Under the pieces are notes generated by a model. It did no database searches. It saw nothing but the letters and a program-made list of their open reading frames with translations, and had not been told where the DNA came from. A stretch of DNA of 64,000 bases from Auanema rhodensis (lineage: Eukaryota; Animalia; Nematoda): NCBI GenBank assembly GCA_964057225.1, contig OZ059899.1, positions 8,308,001 to 8,372,000 on the forward strand, in the 5' to 3' direction. This document shows, in pieces, positions 1-12,755 of this stretch. Numbering within the stretch: position 1 is the stretch's first letter; every line of letters begins with the position of its first letter. A program made the position numbers and the translations under genes.

Positions 1-1379
1 GGAGAACAGGAAATTGGTTAGCAGGTATAAGGTAGAATTCAGGAAAACAGAGGCTAAAAGCAAGTGTATCCTTTATTATTTTTCTCTATGTCTCTCTGAA
101 TAATGTATTTTTTTGCTATATCTAATATATCTTTCAATAAGAACGTTGAAAAGCTTGGAGTGTTTGCATCAGAAACCTCACCCATAGGTTGTCGCCACTT
201 AATTTGAACGGTAATACCCCATTCATATTTACATAGTATCCAATTGTTGCTATAAATGTGACCCATTCCTTTTACGTTTCTCTTCTACATCTCTGATTCT
301 CCCATCTTTCATATACTCTTTTGATATTCTCTCTCGAATATCTTTGTATAACTTCAATCTATCTAAGCCTAAGTTTTGTATCTCTGAGCTGGAGTTTACT
401 CAGAAGTTGACTTCTACTTCTGTCTAATTCTCAGACATATTTCATCTAAAATTGAATACTTGCTCTTTGAGGCCTAACACTTTCTCATCCAGCTTTCTCA
501 TTTACTCCCTCTCTCTCTCAATCTATCTGTATCTCTTTCTTCTTTCCTTTCTTGTTTAACCTGTCACAGACTATACAGTCCATAAAACATTATTATTGTC
601 TTTATATAAACAATTATGTATAAGATTAGATACAGATCTGGATATTATGATTTGTTAATTTTAATTTAATATTAAAAACATAATATAAGTATGAATAGCT
701 TAAATGAAATATGATAATTTCAATCAAAAACAAGAAATTTTAATTAGAAATACAAGCCTTGTTGAAATTATTTCATGAAAGAACATATAATTCTTATTAT
801 AATATTGAATAATTATAATTAGTTGCAGTTAACACAGTAATACTGCGTTAGGAATCATATTTTCTTTTTTCTTTTACCGTTCGACCTCTCTCTATCGTGT
901 TCGTTCTCATACATACATATGTTATAATGTAGTTTAAGAATTGAGTTCGTAATAAGTAAAGTTAAAAGAAAATTAATGAATAAATACGGAAATCTAGAAA
1001 AAGACAAGACATGTCATATGGATGGAGGTCATATCTAAACAAGATTGTCATGCCTTGTCATTATAATTTTTCTTGTTATTTTACTTCAATTTTCTTGTTA
1101 TAATAAATTATAAATTAGTATTGAGGCTATCAACAAGTTAAGTTAAAATACAAAGAAATAAAGAAAAGAAATTCATTTGAAAAATAAAAAAAAAGAAAGA
1201 AATCTTTTTAATATAGTATCATTCATCATCTAATACAGTCGAAGTAATGAAAATGAAAAATTATGATGTGGATGTTAGAAACCGCAAATAGCTATTACAT
1301 GAAGTATTGTGTTCAGAAGAATATATTCACGATGTCCTTGTCAGAAAATTATATCGTAAACGCCTCTACGCTATGCAAA

Positions 1380-1418
1380 ACGGTTTACAGACATTGGGGG
1401 ACACGGTTTACAGACATT
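1380..1418. repeat. 16-bp direct repeat with a 7-bp spacer
   Basis: ACGGTTTACAGACATT at 1380-1395 and 1403-1418, separated by GGGGGAC. Confidence 0.9.
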
Positions 1419-4400
1419 ACATAATTTTAAGAAGAAAACTTTAAAAAGTTCTAGTTCATATAGCAAATATAAACTTTAGTTGACGAGTTAAGCAGATCTC
1501 GAAGAGCTCCTCACAGCCTTGGGGAGGGGGAGGGTAGAGGGTATAGGGTAAAGAAGAGCACTTGATCGATTACATGTTGAAAAGGTAAACACAAAGAAAA
1601 GCATGAGTTCAGTTGCTATTACTTTCTAAAAAGAGCTTCAAATGTTAATTATAAATGTGATTAAATGAAAATAAGGTAAAATATATATTTATATTGAAAA
1701 ATATTTTAATAACTTAAATAAATATATATTTAGTTCAATGAATATGTATATAGAATAGTATAAATATATAAATATATGTATATACATATATATTTTGCTT
1801 CAGATTGAAATTTTTGAAATGAAGTATATCTACTAGTACAATTTGATTAATGCTTGTCCAGTTTTAGAAGAGAAACAAAACAAAATAAGTTGGAGAAAGC
1901 GGCAAAAAAAACAAAAAAGAATATAAATTTGCAGTAAGATTGACATTCAAAGAACAGATTTTGAATAATAGAAACTATGAATATTTCTTAAGAAAATATA
2001 ATTTTAAGTCTTATTTTTGAATAGCTAAAATGAGTACTTATCGCTCATGCTCATACATATTCAGTTTTGTACGCACGTTAGGAGGTTTTTATGTATATAG
2101 ACATAATCTTTGATAGGAAAACTTCTAAAATTCTAAGATATAAACAAATTATATTCAAATATAATATAAAACTATTATTTTTAATTATAATAATTATATA
2201 AATGTTTCTTGTTTTCAAGTAAATCTTTTTTTTGTTGATGTAATACATAAATAAACTATATTCTAACTAAACATATTAAAAAAAATTAAATAGAAGAAAA
2301 AATAAATATGAAAACTAGAAAATTTTCAAATAAATCGTTCAAATCAATAAAAACAGATGAAATATCTCATAAAATTTGAAATAAAAAATGTTTATATTAT
2401 ATATACATACTGTTAAATATATGTATACAGATAGATAGATATGTATATTATGAAACAATATATTATATTGAAAATATGCATATATGGATGACGTGAATGA
2501 GGGATGAAGATGGCTAAAAGAGCGTCTCCGTGACTCTCAGATGGTTACGTGGCATCTGAATCATCCTTTCAGGTTTGGTATGATGAATGTTGGAAGAAGA
2601 AAAAGTGGGAGGGAAGATATATGGAAAAGAAAGAAGAGTATTGGTTCAGATGATAACTTCCACAACTCTTCTTCACTTCGCAATCTCGTTTATCATCTTT
2701 GTTGTCGTTATAGACGTAGTAGCCGTTGTCACTAGGCTTCTCTTTTCAATGGCCAGTTAGCTTTCGGTTTTCTTCTCGCTTTCTGCTTGGTCCATACGAT
2801 GATAGATTGCAATTTCAGCGATGTTAAAGCTTTTGATTTCAAAGTCAACATATGGTCCGTAGGCAAAAAGCTTCACTACCAGCCAGACTGAGAAGAAGAA
2901 CAAGGTTGGAGACGATTTCATGATTTTAGCAAACAAGCTTGAAGCCAATATGCGGGAATGATGACCAAAACTGCTTTTCAGCTCTCTTCTGTTAGTTTCT
3001 CTCGGCATCTATTTTTCCGGTGCTATTTCTAAATAATTCCTTGTATATTTTCTTTCTTCACCTCTCATTTTCTCTTATTTCTCATCATTTTACTGTATTA
3101 TCTCTATAGCTTAACGTTGTGTATAATCTGCACAATTATCATTTGAAGATCAAAGATGAAATAGAGTACATTATCCGTATATTAACTCATTTTCATTGAT
3201 CTTTATGAATTGTTGAGGAAAAGTATTGAAAATAGGAAAATAGTAAATAATTTAAAAAATGCTATTGAAATACATATATACTATATACAAATCAATATAG
3301 TTTAAAAGTTAAGTAAATTAATAAAAATATAAAAGAATAAAAAATTAATTCTATCCAAAAATTATAAACTATTTGTGCTATAAGTACATAAATAAACCGG
3401 AAATTTTTATTTAAGCTTAAAATTCTCTCAATATGATTTTAGGTATTAATCTTATTTCATTGATCTTAAATCCAATAAATAAATAGTTGAATTGAAATCA
3501 ATCATTTTTTCACAAAAACAGATGAAATACGGAAGAAAGAAAAGTGATAACATCAGAGTTAAAATGCTAAGGGCTTAAGGTTTGATAATTATGGATAAAG
3601 GAACATATTCTCCAATTAAAATTCAATAAGGCTAATCTAGAATTGCAATAATTATAAAGGTTATAAGTTGACTATTTCTAATACAAAAATACAAGTGAAT
3701 CGCTGCTCTGTACAAAATATTTTCTTTACTGTTATCCGACAAATGGTTTTTCTTATTTGTTTTCTTACGACATTCAACTTTTTTTTTTCAAAGACCATTA
3801 GGGTAATCCTTTCATACAGTTTTAGTTATAAAAAAAAGTCTTTACAACATTAAAAGCTGTAAGTTCTTTAGTAATACTTTTAGAAAATGTTTTGATTTAT
3901 TATTAATTCATATAATTGCTTTAACTATTTCAAGATGCAGTTTAACTATTTTTCTTATAAGAAAAGAGCATTTAAGTCTTTTTCTTTTCTTTTTTTCTTT
4001 TTAACAATATACGAAACATCCAATCATCAAACATAAGTTAACTTGCTTTAATCTCTAAGGAATAAATTCCTAATTTGGTCAAGTCAGTCCTGTTTTGCTC
4101 ATTGTAACTCATGATTTTGGCTCTCAAATTAGGAATTATCTCATTGGTCCCTAAGGTATTGTAGTACTGTATATACATATGTATATATGTGTTTAACAAA
4201 ATCAAAATATAATATAATTATATAATATTTTTAATTATTTATTTTTCTTTGAATATGTTAAATTTATTTTTTTAAATTATATATAAATGATATATCGTTA
4301 TATGTATATTATATGATATACGTGTTAATCCAAACTGAAGTTAATTTTTTCTGAACTTATCATAATTTCTTATGAAAATATGAAATATGATATGAATAAA

Positions 4401-5897
4401 CTATTGAAACATTCTATCGTTATCCTCATTTTGTCTCCTTCGACATGCTCTTCTACACTCTATCCTTCTAGTCTAACTTAAATAATTGAATCTATGGCAG
4501 ATTTCACTGTTTTGAGGTCTTCGACTAACATGATTTTCATTGATTTGATGCTTTATATGCTTTAAGCTGCAACACCCTAATCAAATTTAATGCCTCGTTT
4601 GAATATTGTTTAAAAGAAGGAAACAGATTGGAAAACTAGTCCAGTTTTAGTATGATCATATCTACTCATTCATGATATTCATTTAACTTTACTCTTTACC
4701 AGTAATAAACACAAGAATATGGTTATAAGTAAGAAGATTAGAAATCAAAATGAAACAAATGAACAACTTATACATAGTTATCTATACATATAGTTAGATT
4801 TTTTGTAAATTTAACAATAAAATACTTGTAGAAAATAAAAGAAATAGTCATGATTACGGTTAGAATTTATTATTTTCTATGTATGCATTTTAACTTTATT
4901 ATATAATTATATATCTGTCAATAAAATATAAAATATACATATATGTTATAATAATAGCTATATAGTTATAATATATAGTATGACCTTAGATTAGTCATGT
5001 TCTTCTTAAATGATTGAGGTAACAGCTAATGTGTGAAAATATGATTGAGATATAGTGAACACTGTATAAGATAGAGATTTAGATAGTTAAAGATGATGAG
5101 TGAGGTAGTGGCTGACATAGGGTCATCTGGTTAGTGTATGTGCTAATTATTCCTTCGTCTGACTGTTTTTTTTCATTTTCCACTTATAGTTCACGTAGTG
5201 AGGGATTGAAAATAGGGGGCATCTGCTTACAGAATGACGCACAGATTTTGCGCGAAAATAAGATTAGTGACAGCTTGACTTGATAAATAATTGTTACTTT
5301 TATAATATTTAATTAATAAAGATGTTAAATCTTATGAAATGTTTGAATGTAACTATGTAACTTATGTTGGTATGTTAATTCTATTGAAATAAATAATAAG
5401 AACTTTAAAATCATGAATGTATAATAAATATATATTTTACAAATTAAATATATAAACATATATATTTTTGTTTTTCTTTCTTCTGAGATTTTGACTTAGT
5501 TTCCCTTTTATACTTTCACATTTCGGAATTTCCAACACTTATCAACAGTTTTTGAGAATTTAAATGCCTTTTTATTGCTTAATAGATAAATCACTTTACA
5601 AACAATTTTGAAATCCTTAAAACTTGCAGAGGAAGAAACCGAGTTTTCTGAGCACTCCACCCATTCTTTTGAGCTCTGGCCTGCTTGGATGTATCGTATC
5701 CTCAAGCTGGCGCTGGAATGAGATGAGGGCGCATGTGCACATGAGAGGACACAGACATCCAGCTCCGCCCCATAAGGATAGAGGGGCTGGACTTTCTGAA
5801 GCTTCTGGACGTCTTATCCATCTCGTCTTCCGCCCAGTTGCAGCAGATTCGTTAGCCGGCCTTGTTGGCTTGTTATCGGCCTCGTTAGCCGTTCTTC

Positions 5898-8800
5898 ATG
5901 GAAGTTCATCAGCCAAGATTCGCCAGCTCGACGTATGCGACGTCGCATCCGGACGATCAGCGAGCCACCAGCTATGTTGTAGCTGGACTAGATGACGTTG
6001 TGGTGCCATTATCACTGGCTTCTGAAACTACATCGCCCGCGACGTCGTACGACTGTTCAGGAGCCGTCGTCGTCGCGTCTGCCGGCGGCGGCGGCGTCGC
6101 ACGAATGAGTGTGGACGAGGATTACATCTATGCTTCAACAATCAAGGTGCGATTCCAAGCTAAAGAGCCATTTCTTCTCTCCTCGTTTTCGGCTGTTCAG
6201 TCAAAACTTTGCAAATTGTCTTTAGAAGCTCGTTTAAGGAGCTACGCCAACTGCCAAAAGTTTCATTCACAATTCTGCAATTCTTGGCTTAACCGTCCTT
6301 TTCTTATTGTATCCAACAGTAAAATATTGAATTGTTTAGGTTGATATTGATACATGCCCCGCTTGCGATCTTCCAATAACTGATCGAACATTATTACATT
6401 TTAACGGACGGTATGTCTATATTCCACAATACTTCTTTCATTTTACTATATGATTGTCAAAGCTTCATGATTATCTTACTTATAGGTCATGGCACGAAGA
6501 ATGTCTTCGTTGTGCTGCCTGCGGCTCAGGCTTAAACAATCAGCCAACATGCTTCCTAAAAGAAGGAAGCGTCCTTTGTAAAGCTTGCTATCACAGGTAA
6601 TATTTTATCATATTGAAAAGGGTTTTATTGAACATACCATTATAAACTATATTCATAAATTATACTTCACTATTCATATTTAAATTATCTAAATTATATT
6701 ATCATGTTTCAAGCTATATGGTATAGTTAATATGATATATGTAGGTTAACAACTAATTTATAATATCTTAAATACATCTGTTCTTAGTATAAAACTTCTC
6801 AGATAGATAATTCTCTATTTATGTCAAATTGTGTTAGAGGCTAATAGACAATCTGTTGAAATTTGATCCAATATCTCGGCATGCTTTCGAATACCTCAAG
6901 CAAGACACTAACACTCTTGAATTTTTCAAAACATTTTTGGTTAACCATTCAATGAAAAACTGATTATATCGTTATTATCTTAATTTATTTGTTTTTATTT
7001 AATTTTTCGAATTATTTTTATTCCTTAAGCTTTATTTAATACTCAAATTATTCGTCAGATGTTCTAGGCTCACTAGTGCTAGAGCATACGGTATATGCTT
7101 AATATGATTATGGGCCATACTTGTACGTTTTCACGATTATCTTGTTAGGAGGTTGACTAGACGACAGCTGGTTTAGAGGCACATACACTGTTTTCCTTAT
7201 TCTAAACTTGACTTGAAGAAGCATGTCAAAAGCTCCCTCAGGCATCAGAATCACAAAGAAAGTCCACAAAGACTATTAGACAGAATACAAATTTTTTTCG
7301 GTTAAGCTGTTCTAAGCGTACTCTTTGTTTCCTGGATAAATATCTTCCAAGATCTAACATGCAATGTTCTTTTATTCAATTTTGAAAATTTAATTTTTGA
7401 ATAAAAGAAGTAAAAAAAAATTGAAAATCGGCAAATTCATAACTTAAACCTAAAAGAATACTTTTCAAGAGAAAAGGTTTATTTCATTAAAAAAATTAAA
7501 ATGTTTTCTTTATTATATAAATAATTTTCATTATTATGAAAATATGTATATTATAAATAGAAAAATGGTTTTGAATCACATCTGTCAGGTAGAAGAAAGT
7601 ATAGATGTCATGCAAGGATAAAGAAACAGAGAGGAAGAGAGAGAGAGATAGAGATTAAAAGGATAGATAGATTGAGCTAGAGAGACACATTCATTACGTC
7701 ATTGGTAGTACTGTATTAACAGATTATGCTAACATCTGACTGTATATAACATGATCATTACAACATTAAAAGCCCGATGTTTTTGAAGATATTAAGATGT
7801 AATAATCGGAGAAAATTCATATGTTTTCATTTAATTTTCATGTCATCTCATATATTTAACTTATTTTGCTCAGTAACTGATAATTATATACATATATAAT
7901 ACAAATAGGTCAGATTATTATTTAATATTATAGTATATATGGTATATATGCATTGTTAACTGATTTATACTGTTCTACAGCCTTACCTCCTCCATATAAT
8001 GTATATTTTATCTTGCCTTATTCTTTAATATCTACTGAATATAATCATTTTATGTAAATCAATATTTTTGAACTTCTTATTCATTTATTCAATTTACTTA
8101 ATATCTTGAAGCCGAGGTCACACTCAAATGGCCGGTAGCAGTTTTAAGCTCATGCAGACATTAACCGGAAGTCAGTAGAGACCTCTTCAACTCTTTCGTT
8201 CGTTCCTAATCATGTGTAGATCGGATGTAAATTGGCCTTATGTTGCCTTCAGAATATTCAACCAACATGAAGAAGAAAAAGAAGGAAAATAAGAAGAAGA
8301 AAAAGCTCATGAATGGTTACAGTGAATGTAAGAGGAATCAGAGGATGAGAGATAGCCAAGGAGGAAGGAAACGGAGCAACAGACGTGTGAGAACAAGGGT
8401 GGGGGCAGAGAACGGCACTAAACACTTGTGGATGAAAAGGCAAGGCGCCAATCGGATTAGCAGGGTTTCTTTCAATTTCTCTGTCTCTAAGGTTTTCTCT
8501 CATAATGTACTTGTTTTCACTATATCTTGTTCATCTGTCTATCTTACACACTATTTCCTCTCTTGTACCGAACTGTGCATCACTTATCCTTTTATAGTCT
8601 AAAATGCCGTAGACGTCCTCATTACTCTATAAAGTGGACATGAGTACATGAAGATATGTCATAGATACTTGAAGCACATAGACAACAGATCGTCGGAAGG
8701 CAGAAACAGAATCAGAAGCCGGCGTCAACGGCAACCGTCTAAAGGAAATCTTGTGCCAGATGCGTTAATCTACTCAGCTTCTCTTTTCTCTTTTCTGCCT

Positions 8801-10691
8801 TCTATTCACTTTCCTCTTTCCGTTTGCAATGCTTGTCCGGCATTTGAATTTGGCAATGACTTCAATTCTTGGGAAAATCTGCCTGAAATGGTCTAGAAAC
8901 TGAAGATATTGAAGATATATACATGTTTGTATTCAGCTGTTAATCTGAGTATCTAATGCTATATACTTAAGTTAGTATACAACAATTATAAAATAATATA
9001 TTTAACTTATAAATGTTGCGATGAGTAAATCATAAATTTGAATTCAAAGAACCAAAAAGTTCATTTTTCGTTGTTATAAGATGCAGAAATCTACGTGCTA
9101 TATGTACATACATATATGTATATATTTATCTATTATTGTATTATATTATACTTATGTATAGTATAATTATAATATAGATTCTCTATGCTTTACATTAATC
9201 TTATCTGAAAACGGTGCTTTACATATGTAACATTATCTGAATAGAAGACTAATTGTATTGACTGGTTATATCATACATGAAAAAGCTATATATGTAATTA
9301 GTATGATATTCAACATTATCACAAATAGTAAAATATAAAATTTATAATTTTTATAAATATTTCTAGGATTATTAATGGATTTTTCATCAATATTTTCTTT
9401 TTTTATAGACAGTATGGAACGAAATGTGCTGCATGTGAACGAATGATTCAATCAACTGATTGGGTTAGAAGAGCACGATTATATGTATTTCATTTAGCTT
9501 GTTTTGCCTGCAATCAATGTAAACGGTATATATTAAAATTCAATTTTATTATAATTCCCCCGTTTTATTTTTTTTTCATTTACTTTTAAACTTTCAGACA
9601 GTTATCAACTGGTGAAGAATTTGCTTTGCAAGATTCAAGGCTTCTCTGTAAACAGCATTTTGTTGAATTAGTTGAGGGAGAAAGTGGTATGAGCTTAAAA
9701 TAAAATATTATAATAGTTTATATTTAAATATGTTATTTCAGGCCAGCAAAAACAAAAAACAAAACGAGTTAGGACAACGTTTGCCGAAGAGCAGCTCAGT
9801 GTTTTACAAGTAAGCTTGAAAAGAATCAAAATCCTATAAATGTTTTTATTCAAAAAATTGTAGGCTCATTTTCAAATTGATAGTAATCCTGATGGTGCTG
9901 ATCTTGAACGAATTGCGAATATGACAGGATTAAGTAAACGAGTAACTCAAGTTTGGTTTCAGGTAAAGTATTTTAATATATAAACTTATTTAATCAAATA
10001 ACCTTAAACCTATTGGTAATGAAGTGATTGAACCTATGATGTATGACCAGTTGACGTGAATACATAATTTATATTTTATCACAAAAAAAAACAAAACTTC
10101 ATTGAAGTTAGTTAGTTGGAAAATTAAAAAAAACTAGATAAAAGCCACACCCGGTATTTTCATTAGATAAGCGCCGAATCCTCGTTAATTTTGATCAAGA
10201 CAAAGCGAGGACGATGAGAAGAAAATTTTCGCACCACAGCCTCGAGAGATACATACTTCTCCCCTATGACTTTAATAGCAAGGTCATATCCTAGAAGGTT
10301 TTCCTAAATTTGAAACAAAATTTTTTTCCAAAATTCAGTAAAAAGGTTTAACCCCAATGATTGACGCCTACTTCATCATTTTCAGAATTCGCGAGCTCGA
10401 CAGAAGAAATACCAAGGTGGAAGAAAGGGTGGAGAGAGTGGCCCAGACAGTCAACGCTCTTCAATTGGTCCAACTAGTCCGAAAAGCGAAAATAGTAGTG
10501 ATGACATGATATACCCAACATCCGTCACCACTGGGTATGTTTCATAAAAAAATCTTTTAAAGATTTAACAAGTTTTTCAAAATTCCTGTTAGATATGAAA
10601 ATATTAACACCTTCAATGTTTCAGGAGTGACGATATAATGATGAGTGAGACACCAACTGCAGCTGCCCTAGCTTCACTTCACTATGATTAA
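5898..10691 (+). CDS. lim-4: LIM-homeodomain transcription factor, Arrowhead/Lhx6-8 class (LIM-4 orthologue), 9 exons, ~339 aa
   Basis: Exons 5898-6146, 6340-6410, 6486-6596, 9409-9525, 9598-9686, 9742-9809, 9864-9962, 10386-10534 and 10625-10691 join in frame at GT-AG sites. Two LIM domains ([11 protein letters not shown]...[11 protein letters not shown]; [43 protein letters not shown]) and a homeodomain ([21 protein letters not shown]...[17 protein letters not shown]) closely match C. elegans LIM-4 as recalled. Start could alternatively be ATG 6105. Confidence 0.93.
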
Positions 10692-10825
10692 TTTATAAAT
10701 ATATATTTAATTATACAAATATATGTACTACAGTCATTTTCTGATTCGATAACCATCGGAATCATCCGATTCAGAATGAAATGTCAGGTTTTATGAAAAA
10801 TATCAGAGAGCTCTCATTTATACTA

Positions 10826-10862
10826 TATTATCATTATTATCATTATTATCATTATTATTATT
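10826..10862. repeat. (ATTATTATC)n/(ATT)n repeat in the lim-4 3' region
   Basis: tattatcattattatcattattatcattattattatt. Confidence 0.85.
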
Positions 10863-11889
10863 GTATGTAATGCACACTGTTTCAATACGTTCAAAAGCCT
10901 TAACTGTTATGACTACATGTATACGGTAAGCCAATGCACGAGGTTTACACATGACTTCTATGAATGTTTTTATCTTCTTTTTTTTTCTTCTAATTATATG
11001 TATATTGTATATAGTATAGACTGAAGTCTTTTAATTCCAAACAGTTCTAGTCATTTGCTTGTACATGAAGCTTCAGTTTATTAATTGAAATTCATTGTTT
11101 AATTTAATTTTATATTTCACGCTCATATGCTTCGCCTCTCATATTGTTTGTTTGTGATGATTCGAAATTAAATTCTGTAATTAATAAAATTATTACAAAT
11201 TTTAAAAAAACCTTAATTAGTATAAATTATACACATAATTTAAATAATTTTTATAATATATATATGCATACAGAGTTGTACAGAGTCCCTAAAAGTTTTA
11301 AGACGACAAGACTCCAGGAATAAAATGAAGCGCGAGAGAGATAAAAGAATATCTGGTCAATAGACTGAAAAGAGAAATATCGAAAAGAGGGTGATGAGAG
11401 AAATATGGGTATAGAGAAAATCTGCAACACAAGATAGTTTTGATGAGAGAGGTATGAGAAAAAAAGAAAATTTGAAAATCATACTAAGATAGAAAGATAC
11501 TGGAAACGATAGAGAGGTGATGAACAGAAAAAGAGAAACAGCTTTGTGGAAGAGACAAGAAGAGAAAGAGAGCAAAGGCAAAAATTTTGCCTGAGAGTGT
11601 TTCTCTTACCCTGCAAGGTCATAGCAATTCACACTTGCATATTCATCCCAGCCGCTCGCAAATTGGTCGGACAAAAATGGAAAAGCGAAAACTGATGTCC
11701 ATATATGGATTGAAAAATGGATAGTTAACTGTTTGTCTTTTTTTATTCAGAATAGTAGAAGTGAGAAGGAGGAACAAGAATGGCAGACAGGTACGAAGAG
11801 GAAGAAAGAGAATAATAAAGATATTGCATAATAGATAGAGAGATGCATATTGTATGCATATGTAAGTATATATAGAGAAAAAAAGAAAA

Positions 11890-11958
11890 AAAGAGAGAGG
11901 GAGAGAGAGAGGGAAAGAGAGAGAGAAAGAGAGAGAGAGGGAAAGATAGAGAGAGAGA
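11890..11958. repeat. Imperfect GA-rich microsatellite
   Basis: Direct reading of the sequence. Confidence 0.85.
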
Positions 11959-12688
11959 TTGAGTAAGTAAGAAAGAAGGAGAAAGTATGCGCTCTATAAG
12001 ACCACCCAATACCAACACTCTAACTATATGCCTTTATACCGTATGCTAATATTCAAGTTGGAACATATAGCAATAAAGTATATTATATACATGTCGATGT
12101 TGCAATTTTTTCTCAAATTCTTCACTTCATTCATTCAAATTTCCTGTCTTGTTCATTAATTGAACTGTTGATGATTTGGATGAAAGAAAGCATACATACA
12201 TTGCCAAAATGATTGATTGAAATAGCGAAGAGATATGATAAAATTTAACTTTTTTTCTTTTATATTGACAAAAAGAAATTAAAATCATTGATCAATGAAT
12301 ATTCTTAAACTATATATTATACGTATGCATATAATTTATTGTTAATCAGTATTATATTACAGGAGACACATTATTTTGTTTTTCTTTTTTAAAATTTTAT
12401 TGTCATCATCTTTTGGTTTAAATTGTTGTGTTATTGGGTTAGAAGACAGAGAGGGGGTGTTAGTTAGTTTCGAATTGATTAATTTTATAAGACGAAAGAA
12501 GAAAAAAAGAAGAAGTATCTCTCGACCCCGGTAAGGCTGTGTGGACGGCAGCACATGCAAATTCGTCTACAACCAGTTTTTCATACTCTAACTATCGTCT
12601 TTTCAACCCTTTTGTGCTAGTCAAATCAACCTACCACTTCTTCCTTCGTAACCACCCCCCCCCTCACACCTTTCTCTCTGTATTTCCC

Positions 12689-12694
<6 letters not shown>

Positions 12695-12744
<50 letters not shown>
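12695..12744. repeat. (CT)25 microsatellite within a pyrimidine-rich stretch
   Basis: Direct reading of the sequence. Confidence 0.95.

Positions 12745-12755
<11 letters not shown>

Noticed and set aside
363-373. CTAAGCCTAAG (also CTAAGCCTAA at 25818-25827), resembling nematode telomere repeat or telomerase template
   Set aside because: Under two repeat units and isolated; no array, template-flanking structure or elimination-site motif that I can support.
7672-7698. Similarity to mir-44 (CTAGAGAGACACATTCA)
   Set aside because: Seed is broken by insertions and there is no hairpin partner.
10346-10368. GGTTTAACCCCAATG, resembling a spliced-leader 5' end
   Set aside because: No 22-nt leader followed by a GT donor or Sm site; it lies within a lim-4 intron.
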